Source: Desulfobacterales bacterium | GTDB lineage: Bacteria > Desulfobacterota > Desulfobacteria > Desulfobacterales > UBA5616 | Assembly: GCA_046483495.1 (NCBI GenBank) | Contig: JAWODC010000054.1 | Coordinates: 1 to 62,490, forward strand | DNA length: 62,490 nt | Reading direction: 5' to 3' | Shown here: positions 48,132 to 57,808 of the stretch, one piece after another | Position numbering within the stretch: the stretch's first letter is position 1 | Layout: each line of letters starts with the position of its first letter | Notes under the pieces: model-generated | Databases searched by the model: none | Seen by the model: the letters and a program-made list of their open reading frames with translations, nothing else | Told to the model about the DNA's origin: nothing | Made by a program: the position numbers and the translations under genes

Positions 48132-49001
48132 ATGGCACAAAAGGCGGCCGGCACCGGCCCGGGCCCCACGCTGATGGTTGCGCTGGAGCAGCACCTGCCT
48201 GAAAATGTTCGTATTGTCAAGGATGACCTTGCCCATCGGATTCTCCCTTTCGGATCCAGGGTGATCCTCTGGATCAAACTGCGCCTCATGTCCGTGGAAA
48301 ATATGGTGACATGGACCGAGAAGAAAATGCCCGGCATGTGGAGCGGTTTTATGTGCCGAAAACGGTACATCGACGATAAAGTGAACGAAGCTGTAATTTC
48401 TCGAGTCGAGGCGGTGGTGAATCTGGGCGCCGGATTCGATACGCGGGTCTACCGGCTTGCGGCGCTGTCCGGAGTCCCGGTATGGGAGGTCGATCAGCCG
48501 GGCAATATCGAAGCCAAACGAAAACGGCTGAGGCATATTCTCAAAAAAATTCCGCCTAACGTAACCCTTGTACCGATCGATTTTGATCAGGAAGCGCTGA
48601 ATGACCTTCTGACATCCAATGGCTACTTGCCTGATGTGACCACCTTCTTTATCTGGGAGGCGGTAACCCAGTACCTGCCGGAGACGAGTATCCGAGCCAC
48701 ATTCAAGTTTCTCGAAACGGCCCCGTCCGGCAGTCGCCTGATATTTACTTACATTAGAAAGGATTTCATCGAGGGAACTGTACTGTACGGCCACACATAC
48801 CTGTTTGAGAACATGGTCAAAAAAAACATCTGGCGTTTCGGTTTTGACCCCGATGAAATCGTTCACTTCCTGTCCGGCTATGGCTGGCGGGTGCTCGAAC
48901 ACCTTGGATACGATGAGCTTGCCGAACGGTATGTAAAGCCAACGGGTCGAAATCTGCAATCCACGCCGATCGAGCGTATCGTCTATGCATCCAGGATGTA
49001 G
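48132..49001 (+). CDS. SAM-dependent methyltransferase (LCM family)
   Basis: VNLGAGFDTR, WEVDQP, FIWEAVTQYL. Confidence 0.92.
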   Translation: MAQKAAGTGPGPTLMVALEQHLPENVRIVKDDLAHRILPFGSRVILWIKLRLMSVENMVTWTEKKMPGMWSGFMCRKRYIDDKVNEAVISRVEAVVNLGAGFDTRVYRLAALSGVPVWEVDQPGNIEAKRKRLRHILKKIPPNVTLVPIDFDQEALNDLLTSNGYLPDVTTFFIWEAVTQYLPETSIRATFKFLETAPSGSRLIFTYIRKDFIEGTVLYGHTYLFENMVKKNIWRFGFDPDEIVHFLSGYGWRVLEHLGYDELAERYVKPTGRNLQSTPIERIVYASRM

Positions 49002-49045
49002 GAGGTGAAGGAAAATCCCATTTTCATAACAAAACCGCAAACGGA

Positions 49046-49073
49046 CGGGGGAGGTCCTTATGAACCTCCCCCG
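49046..49073. terminator. Hairpin between convergent genes
   Basis: CGGGGGAGGT-N8-ACCTCCCCCG. Confidence 0.65.
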
Positions 49074-49101
49074 CATTGTCTAATTGAAGAATGTAAGCAG
49101 A

Positions 49102-50970
49102 TCACAAGAGATGAGAAATAAAACAGGTGTTATCGTCGTCATCGTCATCGTCGGGAACGGGCAGGGGTGTATCCTGATGGGGTGACATTGTGAATTCGGC
49201 AGATCCGTCGCACAACAGGTTAGAGCTTGCGTCAGTCACGCTAAACAGAAGAGTCCCGGTTCCCGAGGTAGGGGATGCCAGCGAAAAGAGTATGGTATAG
49301 GTAACCGTATTTCCGTTATCGAGCTCTTGAGCGCTCAAGAAGTATGTCGAGTCCATGCCGTTGAAAATGCCTTCGAAAATCTGGTCATCCGTGGTCAACG
49401 TAATCTGGTCCTCGAACTGATCGATGGTTACCGTTACGTCTTCAATTAACATATCCGGACAATCGGTGTCGACGGACGTGATATCGACATCCCACTGGCC
49501 ACTGGCATCGTATGCCGGAACCAGGGGATCGAGGCCGTACTCGTATTCCTGAAGGTTGGTAAAACCGTCTTCGTCCGGATCGGCACCCGGTTCGGCCGAA
49601 CCTGCAAAATACCGGTCCTCCCAGTAGTCCGGCAGTCCATCCGTATCCGTGTCATAGAACTCGTCCGCGCCGATATCGACCGCAAGCCCGTTCGGCCGGA
49701 CCTCGCCGTGAATATCATCCGCAGGCGCATTGGTGGCACTTCCGGCATCGATGCAGGCCGAACCCGATGCCAGGTCGCCGTAGGCCACGATAATCGGGTC
49801 GACATCGATATTGCCCGTGGCGGTATAATTGGTGGTCGTATTGACGACATACAGACCGGATGCGGGATAGTCATTGTTGTAGAGGTTCACCGTTGCAATG
49901 TTGCATTTGCCGAGCAGCCACTCGTTATTGATATAAATATCGGCACCGGTTCCGGCACTGTTGCCTCCGACGATGTTGTTCCCGATATGTGCAGTTACGT
50001 CCCAACCTGTAGTATCCGTATTGTCACGAAGGTAGAAATAGAACCCTCCACCCAGGGCGGCCCCATTCTCGATGCAGGTGTTGTTTACAACCTTGGCAGT
50101 ACCGGAAATATTGACATCCAGGTAGGCACCACCGCCTTCATCCGCTGCCGAGTTGTTCAAAAAGAGGTTGTTGGCCACCGTGCCGCCATACTGAGACAAA
50201 CTGCGATAGGAACCCAGCCCCGCTTCGAGTCCGCCGCCGCTGTCAGCGGCAAAATTATAAATGAAGATGTTTTTGGATACAACGGATGAGCCATAGGAAT
50301 ATCCCCCGGCAAGCACGCTGGCGCCGCCGCCGCCGTTTTGGGACTGATTGCCCCAGAAAATATTGTTCGTCAGTATTAATTTGTAATAAGTATTGGTGGT
50401 ACCGAATGCGCTGAACCCGCCACCTGAGGAGCGGGACCTGTTTAACAGGAACTCGTTGTTGTCGATGGTGATCGTTCCCTGTGTACTTCCCACACATTGT
50501 ATGTATGCACCGCCCCCCTGGCCGTCTGCATAGTTCCCCTGGAAAACACAATGGCTTATGGTGATATCAGCATCCGATACGGTGGCGGCCAGACCGCCCC
50601 CATTGGCACCGCTGCTGCTTCTGCCGTATAAAAAGGTGACGCCCTCCAATGTAACGTCCCCATATGCGGTCAAGACCATGATCCGGCAATCGTCCCCCCT
50701 GAGTATGGTGCTTTCCGCACCGGCACCCTGAATGGTAAGCGTGTCCGTCTCTGTAGAAGCGGCCGCGTACACGAGAGGTTCGCTCACATCATACGTACCT
50801 GCTGCTACATTGATGGTATCGGCTTCACCATTGACGGCCGCAGTGACCAAGGCCGAACTGAAACCGGTCGCATCCGATACATTAAATATCGCTCCGGAAG
50901 CCGATTCAGCCATAAACACCAGAAACAATACACACCCCACGAAAACAGAAAATCTTTGCTTTAAACTCAT
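49102..50970 (-). CDS. Secreted right-handed beta-helix protein with choice-of-anchor Q-like region and CFI-type C-terminal motif
   Basis: F..N.A...GGG repeats; S.CIDAG...DIGADE; DTDGLPDYWE; C-terminal DDDDDDNTCFISHLL. Confidence 0.85.
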   Translation of the reverse strand: MSLKQRFSVFVGCVLFLVFMAESASGAIFNVSDATGFSSALVTAAVNGEADTINVAAGTYDVSEPLVYAAASTETDTLTIQGAGAESTILRGDDCRIMVLTAYGDVTLEGVTFLYGRSSSGANGGGLAATVSDADITISHCVFQGNYADGQGGGAYIQCVGSTQGTITIDNNEFLLNRSRSSGGGFSAFGTTNTYYKLILTNNIFWGNQSQNGGGGASVLAGGYSYGSSVVSKNIFIYNFAADSGGGLEAGLGSYRSLSQYGGTVANNLFLNNSAADEGGGAYLDVNISGTAKVVNNTCIENGAALGGGFYFYLRDNTDTTGWDVTAHIGNNIVGGNSAGTGADIYINNEWLLGKCNIATVNLYNNDYPASGLYVVNTTTNYTATGNIDVDPIIVAYGDLASGSACIDAGSATNAPADDIHGEVRPNGLAVDIGADEFYDTDTDGLPDYWEDRYFAGSAEPGADPDEDGFTNLQEYEYGLDPLVPAYDASGQWDVDITSVDTDCPDMLIEDVTVTIDQFEDQITLTTDDQIFEGIFNGMDSTYFLSAQELDNGNTVTYTILFSLASPTSGTGTLLFSVTDASSNLLCDGSAEFTMSPHQDTPLPVPDDDDDDDNTCFISHLL

Positions 50971-51104
50971 AAGTATGACCCTCCTCCTAATTAATAATTT
51001 GGTTGCTGAAAAAACCATCCCTCTTCACTGTTATTTTAAAGAAAGTAGTATTGGCATTAGAATAGAAGGCAGGTTATGAATGAAGGTGCCAAATCATCTA
51101 TTAA

Positions 51105-51217
51105 ATCTCAACATATCGTCTTTTGTCCAAAGCAAGTCGAAGCCGGATATTAAGCCGCAGGCATACTCAAGTACGTTGAGGGCTTACATCCGATTAGGAC
51201 AAAAGATGTTTTGAGAT
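51105..51217. repeat. Palindromic intergenic element, copy 2 (degenerate)
   Basis: TCTTTTGTCC/GGACAAAAGA arms; core CGCAGGCATAC-TCAA-GTACGTTGAGG. Confidence 0.7.
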
Positions 51218-51712
51218 AGCCTTTAGTCTTGGATTGCCTTTTGCCTGATCTAATATCTCCTCTGCGCATTTGTGGTTCTATTTTCCGAATGAGCTTCTGC
51301 TGTGATTGAATTGAAATGCACTCGACACAGCACTCTAGTCGGGTTTACACCGCTTACAAATTCTCTTTTTCTGCACGAAAAATTAGTCTGGAGAGTTCTT
51401 AATTACTCAGGTAAGGGGAGGTGAATTGGATGTAATAATAATAGGAATCATTGTCAAGTATTAATCTCAAAATTTCATAAACAAATGAACTATTCGCCTG
51501 TTTTGTAACCCTGTAAGGTTCCCGAATAGAAACATGCTCAGCCGATTAAGCACAGCTTTGAAAAGATACTGTCAAAACAGCCGGATGATAATCGTTTTGC
51601 CTGATTCGCGGATTCTCTCGGGCAATATATCATGTAGGGGTTCGAAGAAAACATAAAACGAGGATCGATAAATGGGATGGAATTCCATCCCATAAAGAAA
51701 AGGAAACGTGAC

Positions 51713-52228
51713 ATGAACGAGAAACAAGAAATCAAACAAAAATTCGAAGAAGGCATCCGGGCATTCGTGAGCCGGAATTACTCCGAGGCGACCCGATGCT
51801 TTTCCGAAGTGATCGACATGGCTCCTGATTTTACGCTGGCCTACATCAGCAGGGGCACGGCCTACAACCGGATGGATAAGATCGATAAAGCCATGGCTGA
51901 CTATAACCGGGCTTTATCCTTGAAACCCGATTATCCCCGAGCCTATCACCTGCGGGCGCTGCTCTATGAAAAAAAAGGGGAGGACGAAAAGGCGATGGCC
52001 GATTTGAACCGGGCCCTGGAATTGGACCCGGAATACGGCGCCGCCTACTACAGCCGCGCCGCCCTGCACGCCAAGTCCGGAGCGGAGGAGCAGGCCAGGG
52101 ATGATATCAGCATGGTCACGATGCTCACGGAACAAAATATCAGCGCCTTCGCCAATGAAAACAACATCTGGCGTTCACATCATCTGCGGCTGGAGGCGGA
52201 AGGGATCGCGGACGTTATGAACCGGTGA
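51713..52228 (+). CDS. Tetratricopeptide repeat protein
   Basis: AYISRG...AMADYNRAL.L.P repeats. Confidence 0.92.
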   Translation: MNEKQEIKQKFEEGIRAFVSRNYSEATRCFSEVIDMAPDFTLAYISRGTAYNRMDKIDKAMADYNRALSLKPDYPRAYHLRALLYEKKGEDEKAMADLNRALELDPEYGAAYYSRAALHAKSGAEEQARDDISMVTMLTEQNISAFANENNIWRSHHLRLEAEGIADVMNR

Positions 52229-52267
52229 AACCTTTCTGGATCGCAGCACATGATCCTTTTTTCCCGG

Positions 52268-53503
52268 TTAGACGCTGAGCTTTTGCGATTTCAAGGCGTA
52301 GGCCACGGCGATTCCGACCAGAAAGCCGGCGGCAAGGTTCGAGGCCAGCGTAATCCCCACGATTACAATCGGCACGAACATCTCCTTGCGCGTTTTCATA
52401 TCCAAAACGGTCAGGCTCAACTGCGCTCCGGCAAATACGAGCAAAACACCCAGTGCGGCCATTGGCAGCAGGTAGATGACACCCAGGAGATGCTCCCCCA
52501 AAAGGAGCGCCAGGAGAATGAAAATGGCCCCGATGATCAGGTTGGAGCCGCCGGTGCGCGCGCCGAAACGATAGCGGCACGCCAGCCCGCCGGCGCCATG
52601 GCACATGGGCATGCCGCCGAGGAAAAAACTCATCAGGTTGGCCAGGGCCATGCTGATGCAAAGCGACCGGTAGGTCACCCGTTTGCCGTCCCGGGGAAAA
52701 TACTGGATCGACAGATCCGCATTGGCCATCACGGCATTGCCAAGCGTCATGGGGACCTGCGGCAATACCAGCACCAGCAGGGCGAAGGTAAAATCGCCTG
52801 TTGAAGGGAGGCCATAGGGCATCAAATCGGGCAGATTGAATCCGAGCTGAATGTGCTGCAGGCCTTCCCGCGTTCCCAAAAGGATGCCGGTTAAAAGGCC
52901 TGTCCCGACGATCACGATGGCGGCCGGCAGCCGCTTGTTTTCCAGCAGCAGCAAAGTGAGCACGCCGAGTATCCCGCCGATGATCAGCCCCAATGGAATC
53001 GGCCCAAGGCGCTGTACGGCCAGGAAAGGTTCCGCCGCATCGCGCAAGGCTTGAAATGTCGAAGTGCCCAGCATCAGCTTGATGCCCTGGGTCACCAGCA
53101 AAACACCGGTGGACAGCTGAACGCCGCGGATTACCGGTTTGGGGATATACTTGCCGATCAGGGTAATGATGCCGGTCCCGCCGATCACCAGCAAAAACAG
53201 GAAAATCCATAAACTCGACGCCTGAATCTGGGTGGCGGTAATGCCGGTTGCGATGGCATAGGCGCCGATCACCTTCATGGGCTCCACGGGACTGGTGACC
53301 TTGAAATAGAGCCCGGCAAATACGTAATAGAGTCCGACCCCCAGGAACAAACCCAGGGGATTGAGGCCGTTGATCAAAATCATGCCGATGGCCAAAGGCA
53401 AGATGGTGCCCAGGTCCCCCAGACTTCCGGCAAATTCCATGCGGTTAAAGCAATACGCCGAAAAGGTGCCCGGCTGTTTTGCGGTGGTTTCATTTGCGTC
53501 CAT
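52268..53503 (-). CDS. Putative molybdate/sulfate transporter (MOT1 family)
   Basis: EFAGSLGDLGT, PVEPMK, PMTLGNA, MPMCHGAGG...FGARTG. Confidence 0.92.
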   Translation of the reverse strand: MDANETTAKQPGTFSAYCFNRMEFAGSLGDLGTILPLAIGMILINGLNPLGLFLGVGLYYVFAGLYFKVTSPVEPMKVIGAYAIATGITATQIQASSLWIFLFLLVIGGTGIITLIGKYIPKPVIRGVQLSTGVLLVTQGIKLMLGTSTFQALRDAAEPFLAVQRLGPIPLGLIIGGILGVLTLLLLENKRLPAAIVIVGTGLLTGILLGTREGLQHIQLGFNLPDLMPYGLPSTGDFTFALLVLVLPQVPMTLGNAVMANADLSIQYFPRDGKRVTYRSLCISMALANLMSFFLGGMPMCHGAGGLACRYRFGARTGGSNLIIGAIFILLALLLGEHLLGVIYLLPMAALGVLLVFAGAQLSLTVLDMKTRKEMFVPIVIVGITLASNLAAGFLVGIAVAYALKSQKLSV

Positions 53504-53873
53504 ACGATCTCCTTGCCGGCAATAACAGTCTCAATCGCCGCGCCCATTCAGTTGCACACAGAAATCTGTCCGTTTCTTGCGGTCATAATATCCTGCAGCT
53601 TTGGCCTGAATTGTCAGTTTGGATTTCTGCACCCGCAAACCCGTGGGGCTGAATTGGATCTCACATTAATGTCTATATCACAATGCTTGAGAAATCCCCA
53701 TCACAAACGTCTTGGTTCAGAACTCGAGTGGGAAAAAGGATTACCTCTGCTGCTCCGTTTGGAGAGTGGATAGTCGGCAAGCCATATGGTGCAAACGGCA
53801 CCTTGCAAACGGCCGATCGTGATTTATTATTTTTAATAGACTGCGAACGGATTGACGAATCGGTACAGGAGTG

Positions 53874-54005
53874 GTTCCAAAACATTGCCTCAGGACCAAT
53901 CCCGGTGTTGGGATGAACCATTAAATGCTCAAAATACATCATGTATTCCTGCGCTTGGAGCCTTCATCCCGCCTTGATCTCGGCCCTGAGGGGAGGTTTC
54001 GAAAC
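53874..54005. repeat. Palindromic intergenic element, copy 3
   Basis: AATGCTCAAAATAC-ATCAT-GTATTCCTGCG...CCGCCTTGA, the reverse orientation of copy 1. Confidence 0.85.
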
Positions 54006-54031
54006 CCAAATCAGGAAATGGAGGTGATTAA

Positions 54032-54283
54032 ATGACTTCGGCTCAAATTACAATCCTTGTTGCAGTACTTGTCGTTTGCTGTCTGGCTCTTTTCGGGATG
54101 ATATATATCAGCCGTCCCAAACATACTTTAGAACCTCTAAACCGGTTGGATGACAGAGAGAGCATATTGGCGATGTTGACTCGAGTCAAGGACCGCTTTT
54201 CGCTTTCAATTTACAAACGAGCCTACGACATCAGAGACGACGAAATCGCAGCACAGAAAAAGAAAATTGACATGAACACCTGA
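54032..54283 (+). CDS. Small hypothetical membrane-anchored protein
   Basis: GGAGGTG RBS; N-terminal TM; 83 aa. Confidence 0.7.
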   Translation: MTSAQITILVAVLVVCCLALFGMIYISRPKHTLEPLNRLDDRESILAMLTRVKDRFSLSIYKRAYDIRDDEIAAQKKKIDMNT

Positions 54284-54291
54284 TTAGAAGT

Positions 54292-54424
54292 GTTTTCAAA
54301 ACCTCCCCTCTGGCCAAATATCGGCCTTGGGATGAAGGATTCAATGCTCAAAATACGTTATGTATTCCTGCGCTTGAAGCCTTCACCCCGCCTTGATCTT
54401 GGGCCTGATTGAAGGCTTTGAAAC
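54292..54424. repeat. Palindromic intergenic element, copy 4
   Basis: AATGCTCAAAATAC-GTTAT-GTATTCCTGCG...CCGCCTTGA; direct repeat of copy 3. Confidence 0.85.
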
Positions 54425-54537
54425 TACTTCTACCATTTTTTGCCGTCTTTAGTGATTGACACCGTTTCAGGTGGTTTAGTATAAAATTGCGGCAGCCGCA
54501 TCCATCTGTGTTTTAGATCGACTTTTTAGGAGCCGTA

Positions 54538-54698
54538 ATGAAAATTCTTCGTGTAAACACGCATCTCCGGTCGGTTGATTTCGAGAACCTGCCGGTTCAT
54601 TCAAACACATCGCCTTTGCCGCTTCCCGGGAGGTCGCCAATATCGCCTCGAATCCGGCACCGATGGATGAAAAAAAGCTGTTCGATCTTTTGGAATAG
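54538..54698 (+). pseudogene. Deletion scar: aldehyde:ferredoxin oxidoreductase-like N-terminus joined to an Fe-alcohol dehydrogenase-like C-terminus
   Basis: AGGAG + MKILRVNTHLRSVDFENLP, then in another frame from 54600 FKHIAFAASREVANIASNPAPMDEKKLFDLLE*. Confidence 0.6.
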
Positions 54699-54840
54699 CC
54701 CTGATCGGCAAGATTTGATGAGAGAGCCCGACGACCGCAGGCGAAAATGAGGCATTGGATTCTTCACCTTAAAGCCGGTTCAAAATCACCATCTTTCAAA
54801 AAATGTTCGGGTAAAGATTACTATAAAAGGACGGTTCCCC

Positions 54841-56115
54841 ATCGAGCGATACGGAAAGCTGAACACGGTCGAGCGAAGCTGGATTCTTTATGATGTGGCC
54901 AATTCCGCTTTTGTCCTGGTCATCATCACCACGGTAATGCCGATATTTTTCAAGGATGTGGCCTCTGCAGGGGTGAGCAATGCGGTGTCCACCGCCAACT
55001 GGGGATTTGCAAATGCCATCTCCTCCCTTATGCTGGCCGTAATGGCTCCGATCCTCGGCACCTTTGCCGATTATCCAAACTATAAAAAACGATTGTTGCT
55101 GTTCTTTTTCTGCCTCGGTTTCAGTTTTACCCTTCTCTTGACCCAAATCCATTCAGGGGCATGGCGGCTTTGCCTTTTTTTCTTCATCTTCGCCAAGCTG
55201 GGTTTTTCCGGCGCCAACATTTTCTATGATGCTTTCTTAACCGATGTTACCTCGAAGGAGAGGATGGACTGGATTTCCGCTTTAGGCTTCGGCTGGGGTT
55301 ATATCGGCAGCGTAATTCCCTTTTTAGGCGTTATCCTGCTGGTGGCCTTGGAAGGATCGTCGGAAGGCATCACGCAGGAAACGGCCCGGTCGAGTTTTAT
55401 TATCGTGGCATTCTGGTGGCTGGTATTTTCCATTCCCCTGTTTAAGAACGTGAAGCAAGTCCATTATGTTCCGCCGGCAAGGCACCCGGTCCGGGAGAGC
55501 TTCAAACGCCTGGCCGGCACCTTTCGTGAGATACGCCGATATCGGCAGGCCTTCATTTTTCTAATCGCCTACTTTTTTTATATCGACGGTGTGGACACCA
55601 TTATCATCATGGCCGTTTCCTATGGGCGGGATATCGGGTTCGGCGTGAATATGCTGATATTGGTCGTGCTGATGATTCAGATCGTCGCTTTTCCCATGGC
55701 GGTCTTATACGGCAGGCTGGCCGGCATATTCGGCACCCGGAAAATGCTGTATGTCGGCATTTGGGTTTATGTGGGCATTACCTTTATGGCTTTTTTCCTG
55801 CCTTCATTCGAATCACCAACGGTCCAATCGCTGTCGTTTTGGCTGCTGGCTTTTTTTGTGGCCACATCACAGGGAGGATTGCAGGCCCTTTCACGATCGT
55901 ATTTCGGGCGGTTGATTCCCGCACAACGATCTGCGGAATTTTTCGGGTTCTACAATATCTTCGGCAAATTCGCCGCGATTACCGGGCCGTTTCTCGTGGC
56001 GATGATCAGCCGTCTCACCGGTGAATCCCGATACGGAATTCTGAGCATTCTGCTTCTTTTTTTTATTGGCGCCTTTATGTTAAAAGGTGTTCACGCAGAG
56101 AAACATCCCGGGTGA
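54841..56115 (+). CDS. MFS transporter (UMF1/Atg22-like)
   Basis: SWILYDVANSAF, NIFYDAFL, GWGYIG, QALSRS...EFFGFY; family-like sequence begins upstream of the GTG at 54895. Confidence 0.9.
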   Translation: MERYGKLNTVERSWILYDVANSAFVLVIITTVMPIFFKDVASAGVSNAVSTANWGFANAISSLMLAVMAPILGTFADYPNYKKRLLLFFFCLGFSFTLLLTQIHSGAWRLCLFFFIFAKLGFSGANIFYDAFLTDVTSKERMDWISALGFGWGYIGSVIPFLGVILLVALEGSSEGITQETARSSFIIVAFWWLVFSIPLFKNVKQVHYVPPARHPVRESFKRLAGTFREIRRYRQAFIFLIAYFFYIDGVDTIIIMAVSYGRDIGFGVNMLILVVLMIQIVAFPMAVLYGRLAGIFGTRKMLYVGIWVYVGITFMAFFLPSFESPTVQSLSFWLLAFFVATSQGGLQALSRSYFGRLIPAQRSAEFFGFYNIFGKFAAITGPFLVAMISRLTGESRYGILSILLLFFIGAFMLKGVHAEKHPG

Positions 56116-56212
56116 TTTTTTCAGCCGAAGATATTCCGCGATGACTTTAGGCCCTGTTATTCAGTCCTTTTAAGCACCGACCGGCAGCGGCTTTGCCGTC
56201 CGGCAACCCCGG

Positions 56213-56638
56213 TTAACACGTTTGTTCACTGGTGACCGGTCTGAATTTCGGCAGCGTTATCCCGTCATCGACGTCTTCCCAGACCACCGTCACGGGCATG
56301 TCGCATCGTACTTCGTCGGGTCGGCAGTCGACGATATTGGTCAGGATGTGCGGACCTTCGCTAAGCGCAACGACGGCTGCGACATAGGGCACTTCCGCTG
56401 CGAATCCGGGATGATAGGCCGTGTGGTAGACAGCAAACGTATGCACCTTGCCGGCACCCTTGGAAGTCAGCCAATTGACTTCAACAGCGGCATGGCACCG
56501 GGGACAACGATCGGAAGGCGGCCACCTGACGTGGCCGCATTCGCTGCATTGCTGAAATCGGAGTTCGTGTCGGCGGCAACCCTCCCAGAAAAGCCGGTTG
56601 TCCGCATTGATTTTTGGCAGGGGTTTATCATATGGCAT
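56213..56638 (-). CDS. DUF35 / ChsH2-like Zn-ribbon + OB-fold protein
   Basis: FWEG...CSECG...PP...CPRC, G.V..F.V, L.EGP, LPKFRP. Confidence 0.93.
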   Translation of the reverse strand: MPYDKPLPKINADNRLFWEGCRRHELRFQQCSECGHVRWPPSDRCPRCHAAVEVNWLTSKGAGKVHTFAVYHTAYHPGFAAEVPYVAAVVALSEGPHILTNIVDCRPDEVRCDMPVTVVWEDVDDGITLPKFRPVTSEQTC

Positions 56639-56641
56639 GGG

Positions 56642-57808
56642 TTACAACCTCCCTAGCAGAATGCACGAGTGGCTCTGTAAGATTCCGCCGTTGTCGCTGC
56701 ACATCATGATTTCGGGGGATTTTGTCCGGGTTTCGGGACCGAGCTGCCGTTTTCCGCACCGACCCATAAGCTGCATGGCTCCCTCGGCGATCGGTGTCAG
56801 TCCCATGAAATAAGCCTCCGACAGCTGCCCTCCCGAAGTGTTGACCGGCATGCTGCCACCGGGCTCGATTGTTCCCCCTCTGAGCCAATCACGCCCTTCG
56901 CCGGGTTTGAAAAAACCGTAATCCTGAAGCGTGATCTCTACGGTATACGTGAAACAGTCATAAATCTGGCAGGCATCCACGTCCTCCAGGGTAATGCCGG
57001 CCATTGCAAGAGCGGCTTTCCCGGCTTGCCCGGCGCCGGTAGGCCCGGCCATCCAACCGGATTGAGAAACGGCCGTAGAGGGATTGTGCTGCCCCATCCC
57101 CATGATGACGGCCGGCGGCTGCTTCAGGTCACGCGCCCGTTCGAGCGATGTGACGATAAAGGCCCTCCCACCATCGGTAATCAGGCAATTGTCCGGCAGG
57201 CGCAGCGGCTCGACTATCCACCGGGCATTATCGTAGTCCGCTTCGGTCAATGGTTTTTCATACATCATGGCGGCCGGGTTGAGGTTGGCCCACTTGCGCT
57301 GACCCACAGCAATTTGTTTCCAGGTTTCAGGCCCGGTGCCGAATTCGTGCATGGCCCTTCTTGCGGCCAGTGCGTAGCCGCCGGTTGCGCCGAAATGGCC
57401 GAAGACGGCATCATCGCCTGAAAGATCGATGAGCATTTTCTGCATGCTGTCACTGGAGAGGGCATTATGGCCGTAGGAGATAAGCACATACTTGCATAAA
57501 CCGGTTTGGAGCGCGCCAACTGCGTGCTGCAAATGACTCCGCGATCAGTTGGCGTCCTGACTCATGTAGGTCGGCGAAATCCCCAGGTGCTGGGCAATCA
57601 AATAGGGTGTCAGGTCATTCTCGTTCGAAGCGGGGGGAAAGTGGCGGTAGCAGATGTAGCCGTCCACATCGTTTGGGTTCAACCCGGCATCTTCAATGGC
57701 ATTTGCCGAGGCTTCCAGATGGAAACTGAGCGATGTTCTTCCCGGTATGCGCCCCTGGGGTGTGTATCCCACCCCCACGATCGCATACGTGTCTTTAAGC
57801 GGTGTCAT
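56642..57808 (-). CDS. SCP-x-type thiolase family protein with in-frame TGA at 57545-57547 (candidate selenocysteine)
   Basis: ORFs 57545-57847 and 56642-57532 share a frame and together give 388 aa: AIVGVG, DNCLITDGG, IYDCFT, VNTSGGQLSE. Confidence 0.85.

Noticed and set aside
51075..51091. sigma54 promoter for the beta-helix gene (TGGCACC-TTCA-TTCAT, minus strand)
   Set aside because: The -12 GC is missing; too weak to call.
53520..53870. Moco riboswitch or ModE box upstream of the molybdate transporter
   Set aside because: No recognisable consensus found.
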